DNA of 62,583 nt, filler included. It is 4 parts of 4 records of this genome, joined end to end, with 100 filler letters (N's around TTAATTAATTAA, not from the genome) between each part and the next. Parts side by side here need not be neighbours in the genome. Positions count along the whole stretch, not along the records: positions 1 to 29,313 come from SRR20825019_3051; 3 more parts are not named here. One strand, written 5' to 3'. The number at the start of each line of letters is the position of its first letter. Position 1 is the stretch's first letter. Positions 1 to 11,476 of this stretch are shown piece after piece. Made by a program: the position numbers and the translations under genes. The notes below the pieces were generated by a model. That model searched no databases. It worked only from the letters and a program-made list of their open reading frames with translations, and was not told where the DNA came from.

Positions 1-30
1 CCCCCCCCCCCCCCGCCCCCGCCCCCGCCG
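1..30. repeat. Poly-C / (GCCCCC)n low-complexity contig end
   Basis: The sequence begins with 14 C followed by GCCCCC units, typical of an assembly break point. Confidence 0.85.
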
Positions 31-97
31 GGCGGACTGATAAATAAGACCAGAGCCAAAGGATGGTGAGGCGACAAGCTAGCCTGACCTATTCAAC

Positions 98-1733
98 ATG
101 ACTTCTAGTAGTTATAGTACTTCAGAAGAAGTTGACGCGGTCGCCGCTCTGAAGGTCGGGGCGCTCATATTGACCTGCTGCTCCTGCGTGATATCTGTGC
201 TGGTGCTGGCCCTGCGATACATGGTCGCAATGAACAGGGTGGGTTGACACGACAGGAGTGCTCTTGTGACGGCCTCACCATTTACTAACAGGCCGAACGG
301 GTGACATCAATGCGCGAACCCCTCCTTCCTGGCCCCGGTCAGTGGACGGCACCTGCTTGCCAACTCAACATGGCGCCAGCACCGGCCAACCAGGTCAACT
401 CCATGGCGCCAGCACCGAGCCAGCCATGCTCAGGAACGGACCCTTCCTGCCTGGAGAAAGGCGGTGCCCCGCCTTCCGAACCGAGTCAGCTCTCAACGTC
501 GCAGGTCTGGCCAGGCTGCGCCCCGGCCGGTTCCTCCACCAACCCCCAGGGGGAGGTTGAGTTGCCGTTCATCGTGTTGTACGGGTATGCCCTGTCGCAT
601 TGTGCCCGTGTCATGGGGCTCACCCGCCCGCCTTCAGAGAGCAGATCCGCGCTGGGGTACTCGTGATTTTTCTCATGGGAATAATTACCGCCGCACTTGT
701 GGCGATGGCCCTATTCTTCGGTGCGGGTATGTCGAATCGATGTGTGCGAGGAAGGCAGGCACCCGGTCTGACAGTGTCGTCTCGCAGCGGACCACGGCCC
801 CAACAGCATGAGTGACCCCGACTGGATTACTTACAGAGTGCTCAAATATGTGTCCCTGGTGTGCCCTGTCTTCTCTGTGTGCTTCTTCTGCGCGGTGGTG
901 CCACTCACGGTAAGTGCACTGCAGGGCCGCACGGCGTGATGATGGTGGACTGACGGCGCCCCGTTCAGCACTGCTTCTTGGTGCCCAGGACCCGCCGCAT
1001 GCAGCATCTATTCCGCGGGGGCGCAGCCTTCCGGTTTGACCACGACCCATCTACCTACGACAAGTTCCGGGAGGCCACGGACGACCGGGTGGCGACGTGG
1101 AGGCTGGTTGTTGTCCAGGCGTTGGTGTGCGTCCTGTGTGTGTTCGTAGTGGCCCCGGCAGTGGTGCTCTTCCTCGCACTGGCAGGGGTCACGGAGGGGG
1201 ACGAGTATGTCTACGCCCGTCTCTTCGTGGTCTGGGTGGCCCCTACCATGATCGCGGCGGCGGCGTTGGCCTCGTTTTCACTAATGATTCTGTGCGTTGC
1301 CGGCCGGGGCCACGACCTGCTGACGCCCCGGAGGGCACGGCTGGTGACACTGTTCGGCGAGGACTGTGTGTACGCAAACGGAGAATATGTCCAGTTCAAC
1401 GAGTTCAACACCAGGACCGGTCCTGTCGAGTGGATGTCCCTCCACCGCGTGCCCGTCTGCAATGTGGACCACCGGAACCCCGCAGTGGAGTGCGGCCGGG
1501 ACCCACGTTGCTCTCAGCCGGGCGCGCGCGGGGAGCTGTGCTACATCATGTTGCGGTACACGGCGGGGCCTAGGCAGAGGTACATCCGCGCCCTCATCCC
1601 GGACGCCTCCGTGTATGAAGCAGTCAAGGCCCGCCTTCTGTTCACCGGAGAGACCGAGTTCGACCGGTCGATGGACCGGCTGGAAGGCTTCGCCGGTGCC
1701 TTGGAACACACCGGTTCTGCCATGGGCCGCTAG
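98..1733 (+). CDS. Spliced eukaryotic multi-pass membrane protein of unknown function (5 exons)
   Basis: ATG at 98. Four GT-AG introns (239-291, 585-637, 721-787, 910-968) each have a branch-like motif (e.g. ACTAAC, GCTCAC, ACTGAC) and join ORFs 301-666, 600-815 and 978-1733 in frame. Several hydrophobic segments are present (GALILTCCSCVISVLVLAL; GVLVIFLMGIITAALVAMALFF; LVVVQALVCVLCVFVVAPAVVLFLALAG). Confidence 0.65.
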
Positions 1734-2430
1734 GGCTTGAGCAAGCTAGCCCGGCCATATATACGCCGGGTCCGACTCGACTTCAACCTACCCCGATACC
1801 AGGCACACGTTCGTTCCTTCGTGTGGCCAGAACTCACCCCAGGTACCCACTGGGGGCGACCCGGATGAGTGGCCGAGCCGCTGACGGAGTGACACCCGGG
1901 CAAGTAAATCTTCTCTAAATCTTGAGTGCCACAAACGCCCTATGCGATGGGACGTATCAACTCTGTGAAACTGTTCGGCTCATTGTGTCCCAGTATTCCC
2001 TATCCGGCCACAAGCCACGCCACGCGGCACTGTCGGGCCACCGTGAGAGTCCGACGGCCTCCCCGGCCTCAGGCTCACTCCAGCCGGACTCCCGGGGCCG
2101 GGACGAACCGTACTGAAAGTAACGGAGCCCGCCGTGCGCACATCTGGTCCGGATCGGCCCGGTCACCATGACTGACCATGCGGTAACTTGATGGAGTCCA
2201 CTGGTACACTGACCCGGGTAGGTGAAAACGGCAAAACTCGAGGCGTGGGGCACAACTAGTCGGATTAGGAAGGCAGTTTATTCGAGCAGGGTCTGCGGTG
2301 TTCAACTCCGCCATCTCACCGCCGCAGTCCACTCTAGCGAGGTCAGCACTCTCTGGTTGAGCCAACATCCACACGTTGATGCGGTGACTGATGGTCACAA
2401 ATAACATGGGCTCGGTCAGGACATCATGGC

Positions 2431-3195
2431 TCACGGCTCAGACTTCCTCTCGCCCTCAGCCTTGACAACATCGTCCGGAGAGTCCTCCTTCTTGGCGGCC
2501 GGGGCCTCGGGCTTGTCCGCCGCGGCGCGCTCCTGAGCCTTCTTCTCACGCGCAAGAGACTTGACATAGCAGAGGCCGCACGCGTTGCACATGTACTCGT
2601 TGGAGGTCGGGGTGGTGCGGCGCCACTTGGGCGTGTCGTTGGTGTGGCACTTGATACAGGTCCGCGCGGGTTTGTCGGGCCTCGGCTTCTTCACAATGGC
2701 CTTCTTGACGGGAAACTTGGCGTCCCCAGCGGCCGGCTTGAAGGGTGCGGCGGGCCTTGCCACAGCGCCATGGAAGGGCATGGGCTGGGCGGGGGCCCTC
2801 CCGTTCGCGGGGGTCATCGGCATCGAGGTAGAAGAAGGCCACTCGCCATGGGGCCCTATGAACACTGGTGGCATGTGGCGCATGGGCTGCATGGGGTGGT
2901 GCATAGGTGGGTGCATGGGGTGCGGCATTTGCTGTTGCATTTGTTGTTGCATTTGTTGTTGCACTGCATAATAGGTAGGGTAGCCGCGCGGATATTGGGG
3001 CATCTCTTGATACTGCTGACCGGGCACGGGGGCGGGCCAGTACATAACGGGGGCTTGCATGGGCGCGGTAGTGGCTACGGCTGTCGCAGCCTTGGGCTGG
3101 CTCTGTTGGGTCTCTTCTGCGGCTCCTCTGGAAGTTGCGACACTTGCAAGCAGATTAATAGCGTCGTCATCGGATCGGTTTCCTCCTCGTCCCAT
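2431..3195 (-). CDS. GATA-type zinc-finger transcription factor
   Basis: CIKC...TPKWRR...MCNACGL finger followed by a basic tail. The N-terminal region is Q/M/P/H-rich and low complexity. Intronless 254-aa ORF. Confidence 0.88.
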   Translation of the reverse strand: MGRGGNRSDDDAINLLASVATSRGAAEETQQSQPKAATAVATTAPMQAPVMYWPAPVPGQQYQEMPQYPRGYPTYYAVQQQMQQQMQQQMPHPMHPPMHHPMQPMRHMPPVFIGPHGEWPSSTSMPMTPANGRAPAQPMPFHGAVARPAAPFKPAAGDAKFPVKKAIVKKPRPDKPARTCIKCHTNDTPKWRRTTPTSNEYMCNACGLCYVKSLAREKKAQERAAADKPEAPAAKKEDSPDDVVKAEGERKSEP

Positions 3196-4584
3196 AGCTG
3201 TGGTGTTGTCCTTCGAATTCTTGTAAGAACTTGATATTTGTGTAACGATGAAGAAGGGAGATGTCTTTCAAAATACAGCCTCACCTAGCAAGCTGGGAGA
3301 TCCACGCCTTCCGTTGAGGCCTTTCGTTGCTTCTGGGGCCAGCCATGGGTGGACTCGCAAACGGTTGGGGAGCCGCATGAACTGAGACCGGACGGTGGCC
3401 CGACTGGTGCCGGCCTCAGCAGTCTAGCCAGCTGACCGCGGCGGCCCGGATCCGCGATCCGCGCCCCGTCGATTCAGGCCGTGATCCGGTTCGTCCGTCA
3501 CCCACATCGCCTGGCGCGGGCGGGTTTACGGGGTTGTCGGATTGATAGCTGTGGTTGTTTTTGAGGCATCTCAACGGTGTGCCCAGGGGCTCGTGGACCA
3601 GGAGCATTCTTGCTGGGATAGTGTGTGTCTTGTCAGGCCCGGTAGCCGGGGTTGGCCAACCCGAGGGGGCACATCCCGCCGTAATCCCGAACACAACATC
3701 GGATCATCGACGTCCATCCGAATTCAATCCGCACTCTGTTGCACTAAGATCGGGATCCAGAGTGCTTATCGGTTTGCTCTTATCTCCGAGGCCAACGGGT
3801 GTGTAAGCGCAAACGGGTATTTATTGGGAGTGCTGAGATCTTAAAAGTCTTCCTATTACAGTAATATCCTTTCATAACGAAGACTTTCATGACGATTCGC
3901 CACGGGAGAAGGTTCGGAGAAGCCACGGAGATAAACGCCCACTCTCACTGACACTCTCAATTGGGCTCCTTACATTAACGGAATATCTCAATATAGCGTA
4001 AACGCAACCGGCTCAACTACGCCCAGTGCCACTGGCACTTACGCCAGGCCGCCGCGCCCGGCGCCGAGCGGGCCGGCGCCGGGCCGCCGGGCCCCGCCGC
4101 CCCCGCCGCCGGGCACCGACCGACGGCGCCGCCCGGCCCGCGCGGGTCCGGGCCCCGGCCGCGGGGCCCGGCCGGCCGGCCGGCGAGTCCGGCGGCGCGC
4201 GCCCCCGGGCCCCACGCCGGTGCCCCGCAGAGTTGGCTTACCACGTTGCGACGGCCGGGCACCAGCTCCCCGCCCCGGCGTGGGCCGGCGCGCCCCGTTC
4301 GTCGCTCCCCTCCGACTTCGGCTGACTGGGCGGAGCTCGTGGCTCTCGGGCAGAACCGGCTGCCGGATTGGCCGGAGGGCAGGCAACTGGTGAGACGGGG
4401 AAGCATCCCCGTATCAATGCTGGTCACTGACTTGGCAGCCGGGCAGCGTCAGTTGCGAGCCACTTCCACGCGGGGCCACAGTGGCCGCTTGGGTGCTGTC
4501 AAAACGATAAGATATACCTCGCCCTTCGCCACTGAAAGCTTTCTAAGGCTCTCGGTCGGCCAGACGCCTACCCGCGGCGTGAAC

Positions 4585-7500
4585 ATGGGGGCGTTGTCTA
4601 GGGCGGCTTTGGTGCTGTGTGTGGTGACGGGCCTTGTGTGCTGCGCGGCGGGGCATGACCACGACGACCACTCGCTACGCCGCATGAACGCGGATGCGGA
4701 TCTACCTGAAGACGAATGGTCCCCGAAGGACGAGCAGTGGTTTCAGGACATGGAGAGGGAGCTGGCTGACATAGTCTCAGCTACGAATGGGCACGGTGTC
4801 TTTGAGCCAATAGATCCTCATGGCACCATCGAAGACACGTACCTCTTCGGCGAGGGTCACCGCCAGTGCGCTGAACTGGCGAGCTGTCAGTCGCACTTGT
4901 TTCCGGCGGCGCGGCAGCTGGCGCAGGAGCGAGTCTCGTCAGAGTCACACGAGGACGCGGCCAAGGCAGTGTGCTCCGGCTGTCTCAAGTTCTTGTGTTG
5001 CACGCCCGAGACGTCCTACACCTTCACCAACTCGTTCATCTTCACCTCCTATGCATCGGATGCGGACAAGGCGTGCCCCGGGCACTGCCGAGAGGTACTC
5101 CGGGACATCCACCTCCTGGACTCGGAGTCGGAGAAGGAGGGACAGCCCAGCACCGTGGCCTATGCCTACCAGTATCTCCGTTGGGTATCGTCGCCGATCC
5201 TTCGTAACCTGAAGCAAGAGGGCCGCTTCGCGAAGCTGCGTGAACTGCCGGCGGCACTGAGGGTTGGGCAGAATGTGCGGATGGCCGAGGAGATCCGCGG
5301 CATTCCGAGCGCCGAGTTCAAGTTGATGTACAGCGGCAACTCGGTGGTGCGGTCAGTGGAGGTGAACGGGCAAATGTACGTCGTCAAGACCCTGTCCGTG
5401 ACGGACAGCGGTGAGGTGGCGGCGATATCGCGGGAGGTGGGCGCCAATGAGCTCCTGAGGGTGACGGAGAACCCCCATATCACGAGGTGAGTGCGGCGTT
5501 GCTGGTGGGCCGTGGGGAGGGGCTGGCGTGTTGGATAGGTGGAGGCGCGTCTGTGTTGCCGCTGGGTCTGTGCTGCGGCTGACGTGGTTGCGACGCCCAG
5601 GTACTATGGGTTCTACTACACGTTTGATGAGGAGGACTATGGCTGCTCCTATGTGAACCTCGTCTTTGAGATGTGCCCGTACACCCTCGAGAAGCTCTAT
5701 GACGAAAGGAAACAGGAGCTGCAGGACAACCCCGAGCTCATCCGGGATATCATGGCGCAAATAGTGGTTGGCCTTAGGGTTTTGGCCTTTAACCGGGTCG
5801 CGCACCGGGATCTAAAGCTCGAGAACATCTTCCTTGGCGCCGCGCCGCCTGCGGACCGCGCCCTGGAAGTCGGCGACATCATTGTGAAAATAGCCGACTT
5901 TGACCGGGCAACCTATTACGAGAAGACCGACGGGGATGACCAGTCCCCGCTGGACAGGTACCGGGCGCGGTACGGGCGAAGCCTGATGGACCCCCTCCAG
6001 GCGGCCCGGGAGTACCCACGCGAGCTCACCACCCTGCCGTACATGCCGCCCGAGGCGATTGCCGCGTATGAGGCCTCGGTGCAGGACCCCGCGGAGTTTG
6101 GCGAGTGGTTCTCGCAATGGCGCGAGGGCGCCATAGACGCGAACCGCATGGAGGCTGTGGTGCGGACAAGCCGGTGGGAGCCGCCGATGGGGATCATTAA
6201 CCCGAGCAAGGCGCACCTCGACCTCGCCGCCAAGGCCCTGGACCTGCCGCCTTACGAGCTCGCCAAGTTTGACGTGTGGATGCTCGGGGTGCTGATGGTG
6301 GAGCTGATGACCGGAAACAGGGGCTGGATGGTGGATACTTTCATAGCGATGGAGAAGGAGAAGGTTGTCAAGGCCGCGATGGGCCGTCGGAGCGGCGGTA
6401 CCATTTGCAGGCCCTCGAGCGCGGACGTGGATGACATGGCCGTGTGCCTCCTCGCCAGCCACGTCGCACTAATGTGGGGGACTTTCCCTTACGACGAGGT
6501 GTTTGCTCAACAGGGGCCCGCCTCGCCCCCGGCCGGCCTCCTCGATCTGTTCTCTAAGGTGTTCAAGCTCGATCCTGGGTCACGCGGTGATATCAAGAAG
6601 ATCTCCAAGACGTCGTACCTCGCCGATGCCGTCCGCGCCGTGGAGGCCGCCGCCGCCTCATTCCCGCGCACGCCGGCGGAGTTTGGCATGGATGTTGACG
6701 AGATGGACGGTCCGACCGGAAGCCCCGACGTTGGACCCACCAGCGTTGCTGCCTCCGGGGGCGGGTCGTGGCGGGAGTGTTCGTTGTTGTCGTACCGGGC
6801 GTCCCCGTCATCGTCCTCGGGCGGGTCCCCCTCCTCGCCCGTCCGGACCTCATCCCCCTCCCGGGGCAGCATCCTATCCGAGGGCGCCCGCTCGGTGTAT
6901 TCGGCCGGGTACTACTATGCCGGATCTGATGAATCTGCGGAAACCCTGTTTCCGGCCTTGAACAGCGAGACCCCGCGGCCACTCCCGCCCGGAGAGATTT
7001 CCAACATCCGCAATCGCGCGGCGGGAAGGCCTGAGGTGCCCGAGGGGGTGGTTGAGTCGATACCACTGACCATTGAGGAGGCCTCCCTAGGGGACGTAAG
7101 GGTGCGGGAGGTGCGTCATCTCACGAGCGACGAGGCCAGAAACCACTTCAAGCAAGCTGCCAGCCCCATGCGGGACACCAAGGAATTTGGCTACCTGGTA
7201 GTGGACATAGCGGTGCAGGTGCGGGGGTCGGCGCGGTTGGGGGTGAGAATCGAAGCGTATGACTCTAGCAGGCAAGTCGCGGCCACCCCCGAGGGTTACT
7301 GGGTAAACACATGTACGCTAGGGGAGGAGGCCGAGTCAGGATCGTGGCTCACGGCGTTTGCATTCGATGGGAAGGGCGGCCACCCGCCCGCCCAGTGTGG
7401 GTCGGAGGACGCGCGTGGCGCGGATGGATGGGTTGTGGTGCCGGTCGTGGTGACACCGGGCGCGGAAACCGTGGGGCGTTGGTCCATACACGTCCGCGTG

Positions 7501-8572
7501 AGGTCCGCCGGCAGTCCGGGCGAGGACTGCTTCGAGGTCAGTGATTCTGTGCATTGGTGGTTCTAACAAAGATAGCTGATCGTATTCTGCGAATCCACAG
7601 ACGATGGTGCCTCCGCCTCTCAACATCCTGGACCTGCGCTGGTCCACACCGCGGGCGGTCGACATCCTTCATGGTGACGACAGCTTCAATGCCTGCGCCT
7701 CCTGCATGCGGACGTGGGCTGAGGCCCTCCACCGGGAGGTGTTCGACCTGCCCGATACCAGTGCCTTCGCCCAGACGCCGGACAACATATGCCGCTTCGT
7801 GGTGGAAAGGCGTTCGTGCAAAACTGCCCAAAACGAGATATCCGATATCCTGACGAGCGTGCCGCGGGAGGAGCGGGCGCAGCTGCTGAGCCTGGGGCCG
7901 AACGCGGGCTGCTCGATGCTCACGGGGGGGCTGTGTGAGAGATTCGGCAGGCTGCAGACCCGTGCCGCGCAGAAGCCCGCGAGGTCAAGGAGGAGCAGCG
8001 CCCGGCAGCCCCCATCTATGTGCCTGGCATCATCTGCACGGGAGACGGGGCGGCTGGAGGCAGAGGAGCCGCTGCCCATGTGCCCGGCCAAGTCCTCGGT
8101 CAAGGGCGTGGAGAAGTTTGCCAATGTCTCCCCGGCCGTGTACCCCGCGTCCATGTACAACCCCTGGCACAAGGACATGAGCTGCCGTCTATGCACCATG
8201 ATAGCACAGCGCAGCAAGGAGGACCGCCCGCTTTGCCAACAGCTGCTGAACAGCCTGGTTGCGATGGGCGAGGATACGCTTAGCAGGTTCACGTCGATAT
8301 GGCCTCCCCACGCCCCGCTGTATGATCCCTCTTTGGTGGAGCAGATGGCTCTGCCCAACGAGTCTGAGGACCCTGATGGGGCCAGGGTTGTGGGAATGGC
8401 GGGGAAGGAGGCGTGGATGGCGGGTGCGAACACGTGCGCCATGCCGTGGAAGGAACGGGAGTACCAGATGTGTCTCAGCCTCCAGGAGAGCTACAACCAC
8501 GCCTTTTCGAAAGCCGACGAGATGACACCCGCTCAGCAGTGCCAACACTTGGAGTGCTGCACCGAGGAATAA
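4585..8572 (+). CDS. Ser/Thr protein kinase with N-terminal signal peptide and Cys-rich N- and C-terminal regions (3 exons, about 1269 aa)
   Basis: ATG 4585 gives MGALSRAALVLCVVTGLVCCAAG. Introns 5487-5600 (GTGAGT..CAG) and 7537-7600 (GTCAGT..CAG) join ORFs 4246-5490, 5539-7566 and 7604-8572 in frame. Kinase motifs: YVVK, alphaC E (REV), HRDLKLEN, IADFD, TLPYMPPE, DVWMLG. Confidence 0.82.
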
Positions 8573-9422
8573 ATTGGATATTTTACACATTTTGTGCTCC
8601 ACAGCGAGGCGCAGTCGAGCCTGGCGGGCCACACTGAAGGCCACTATATGTGGTGGCTGGCGACGATACTGCACAGCATGTGCCAACCGTCAAATGTGTG
8701 GCCTGAGTTCCCAGGCCGATCGGCCGGCTCCACCAGCCGCACTCACGATGTTGCCACGGTCACTTCATCAAAATTATCCGCTGCGACCCGAGTCGGCGCC
8801 GCCGCGACAGGGCTGACCGCCCCATGCGTGGGGGGGGGGGGGGCGGTGCACCTCAGGAGGGCGCGGTCGGCCGGGGGCGTTTCAATGACAAGCGGACTGT
8901 TGTGATCAGACCGGACTTGTGCCTAGCTCGAATAGCTTTTCGCTTCAGTCCCCGGACCCCCTCTAACTAGGGATCCCTGGTGTGGAGCGCTATGCATCCA
9001 TCCCTCTGACCAGGGATACGCATGGTGGGGTCGGGGGCGATCGCTAAATAGATAGAGGATCAATCAGATTCGGGTCCTCCATGAAGCGGAAGCCACGCGG
9101 CCAACACCTGAGTGGCCGCCTGACCCGAGGCGTCACTGATGAATTAAGCGCCGCAGCGGCGGCCCGAGGACCACCGCGAAACATGCCGTGCGAACGGCCA
9201 CTCCTCGCGAGGGAGCGACGGACAAGTCACAGCGATGGCTACGTACGTAACCCTAACCCTGGACCCTTGTTCTGATGGGGCACTCCCCGCCCAGTATTGA
9301 AGCCCCCCGCCACCGCGCGCCGGCGCGCCCTGGACATGCTCGCACTGCCCTCTTCCTAAACAAATTAACGAAAGTAGCTAAGTATAACGTCATCGGTCAC
9401 TAGGGGATGTGTCAACTGCTCC

Positions 9423-10879
9423 ATGGAAAGCAACACGCCAAGAGGCGCGCATGGCGTTGGGTATTCAGCAATGGACACGCGGTCACTACTGGAGCACGAG
9501 CCACTTGACTGGAGCCTTCCAAGTACCACCATCGCAACCACCCAGCCGGAGGGGCTGCCCCCGCGCCCCGCCCTTCCCAGGGGAGAACTTATCGATGACC
9601 AACAGTCTGAGTCTTCCCTGACCGTCACCACACTTAGCCGGGACCCTTACTCTGTGGAGTTCTCAGTGGAGTTCGAAATGATTGAGTTTGCCGACAGCGC
9701 TGGCCGCATGACAGACTATGGATCAATCAGTGAGGGTGGGATGAAAAAGCACCGGCATTCCAAGCCGTTGCGAAAGAGCATTTCCGAAATGTCTGTTCGC
9801 CTCCAGGATAGCTGCACAGACAAGATGGTGGGCTACGCATGCCTCGTGCTGGCGGTAACCCTTACAGCGGCACAGTGAGTATGGTCAAATCGCAGCATCA
9901 ATAGTATAACTGAAACGTTTCCAGGCCAGTTGTGTACAAATATATCCCTGTCAAGAACCCATACCTGCGGATGACGTGGTGGTACTGTATCCTTCTGTTG
10001 ACATCCGTGCCCCAGTACGTCAAGCACATTTGGAACATTACAGAAAAGGAGAAGGCTGCATACCGGAAATGGCAGAACATCCTCGCTATAGCACTCACTT
10101 CCACATGTTGCACTACGTGGACAGTGACTTGGGTAGCGGCCTTGAAGTTTACCACCCTGACTCATGTTACTCTCTTCAGCCAAATGCACCCTCTACTATT
10201 CGTCTTTGTTAAGTTTTTGAAGTACAGGAGACTAGCATGGACCGAGGTAGCCGGCGTTCTGGCAGGTTATAGCGGGGTAATGATGTGTCTTTTGGGCCAC
10301 TCCGCGCAACAAACGGGGCCAGGGGTTCATCTGGGTGGAGATATGCTGGCGATGATGTCCACGTTAGGGGCAACGGGTTACATCCTCGGCGGTCAGTACA
10401 TACGCCGCGACTTGCCGGCCATTTCCTTCACATTCCCTTACAGCGTACAAGTGCTGTCTACAGCTGTGGCAATGACATTTCTCACTTCATCGCCTACCTT
10501 CGATCGAAATCAACAGACCGGTCTCTTCGGCCTCTTCAACAATGCTCATTTGTTTGGCTTGGTGTGCCTTCTAGGCATGCTGTCATTCGTGGGTATCATC
10601 ACGTACACCACTTCGTTCAAGTATTTGCCCAACGTAGTCTTATCTTGTGCCATGCTGATGGAGCCAGTGATCGCTACTATGGGCGGTCTGCTGATGGGTG
10701 TTGCGGCAATGCCGAGTGTTTATACTCAACTTGGCGGCTTCTTGGTTTTGACAGGAGTTGCTGCTGTAATCGTTGTCAGTCAACAGGAGGATAAGAAGCG
10801 AGCCAAGGCGTTGGAGGAACACATAAGATCAGAAAAGATGGCCGAAGGATCGCAAACCCAACTGCAGGGAGCCGTATGA
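9423..10879 (+). CDS. Drug/metabolite transporter (DMT/EamA-like) membrane protein
   Basis: Intron 9875-9924 (GTGAGT..CCAG) joins ORFs 9423-9878 and 9932-10879. About 10 hydrophobic helices with EamA-like motifs (LKFTTLTHVTLFSQMHPL, GDMLAM, LMEPVIAT, QLGGFLVLTGV). Confidence 0.85.
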
Positions 10880-11438
10880 TACAAAGAAGCGTCATTGGTT
10901 TCTTTGTTTGTACGCAATGAACGAAAGTTCAAAAGTTTGGCTCGCCAACAAATCATGCCCAATGAATCGACAAGCTCTTCAGCTGAGTCTTTTCCAATAG
11001 AGCATGATCACTTCCCTTTAATGAAACTTACTAATCCTCAATTAATCTTACTTGAATATGCATTGCCCATTTATTGTCAATTGAACATCTACTTATCGGT
11101 CAGGTACTTTCTGTTAAGTGAACTTGATCTCAATTGAACATTTATTGTCAATTGAACAATTTCCTATCTTTCAGATACTCTTTGCCAAGTCTTTCCTATA
11201 ATAGCATAACTAATTAGTTGCTCTCTTATGAACATCAATGTGGTCCCTGCTATTTATATCTCGGTTAAGCAGCTAGTAACCAACATAACCACATATATTT
11301 CAGTCACTCATTGCCAAACCATACAGAACGATACTGACTATTCACGACACTCCATAATCAAAATTTCAACTTTCATAAACTATTATCATTCATTGCAAAA
11401 AGTTCAAAATTGATAAGTAAACCATGTTAGTTCCATAC

Positions 11439-11476
11439 TTTCATTCATTCAGTCATTCATTCGTTCATTCATTCAG
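11439..11476. repeat. (TTCA)n imperfect microsatellite
   Basis: ttcattcattcagtcattcattcgttcattcattcag in an AT-rich intergenic tract. Confidence 0.8.

Noticed and set aside
9248-9260. Telomere-like (TAACCC)2; also GGTTAGG words near 27955 and 62543
   Set aside because: Only one or two units at internal positions, which is compatible with chance or a short promoter motif.
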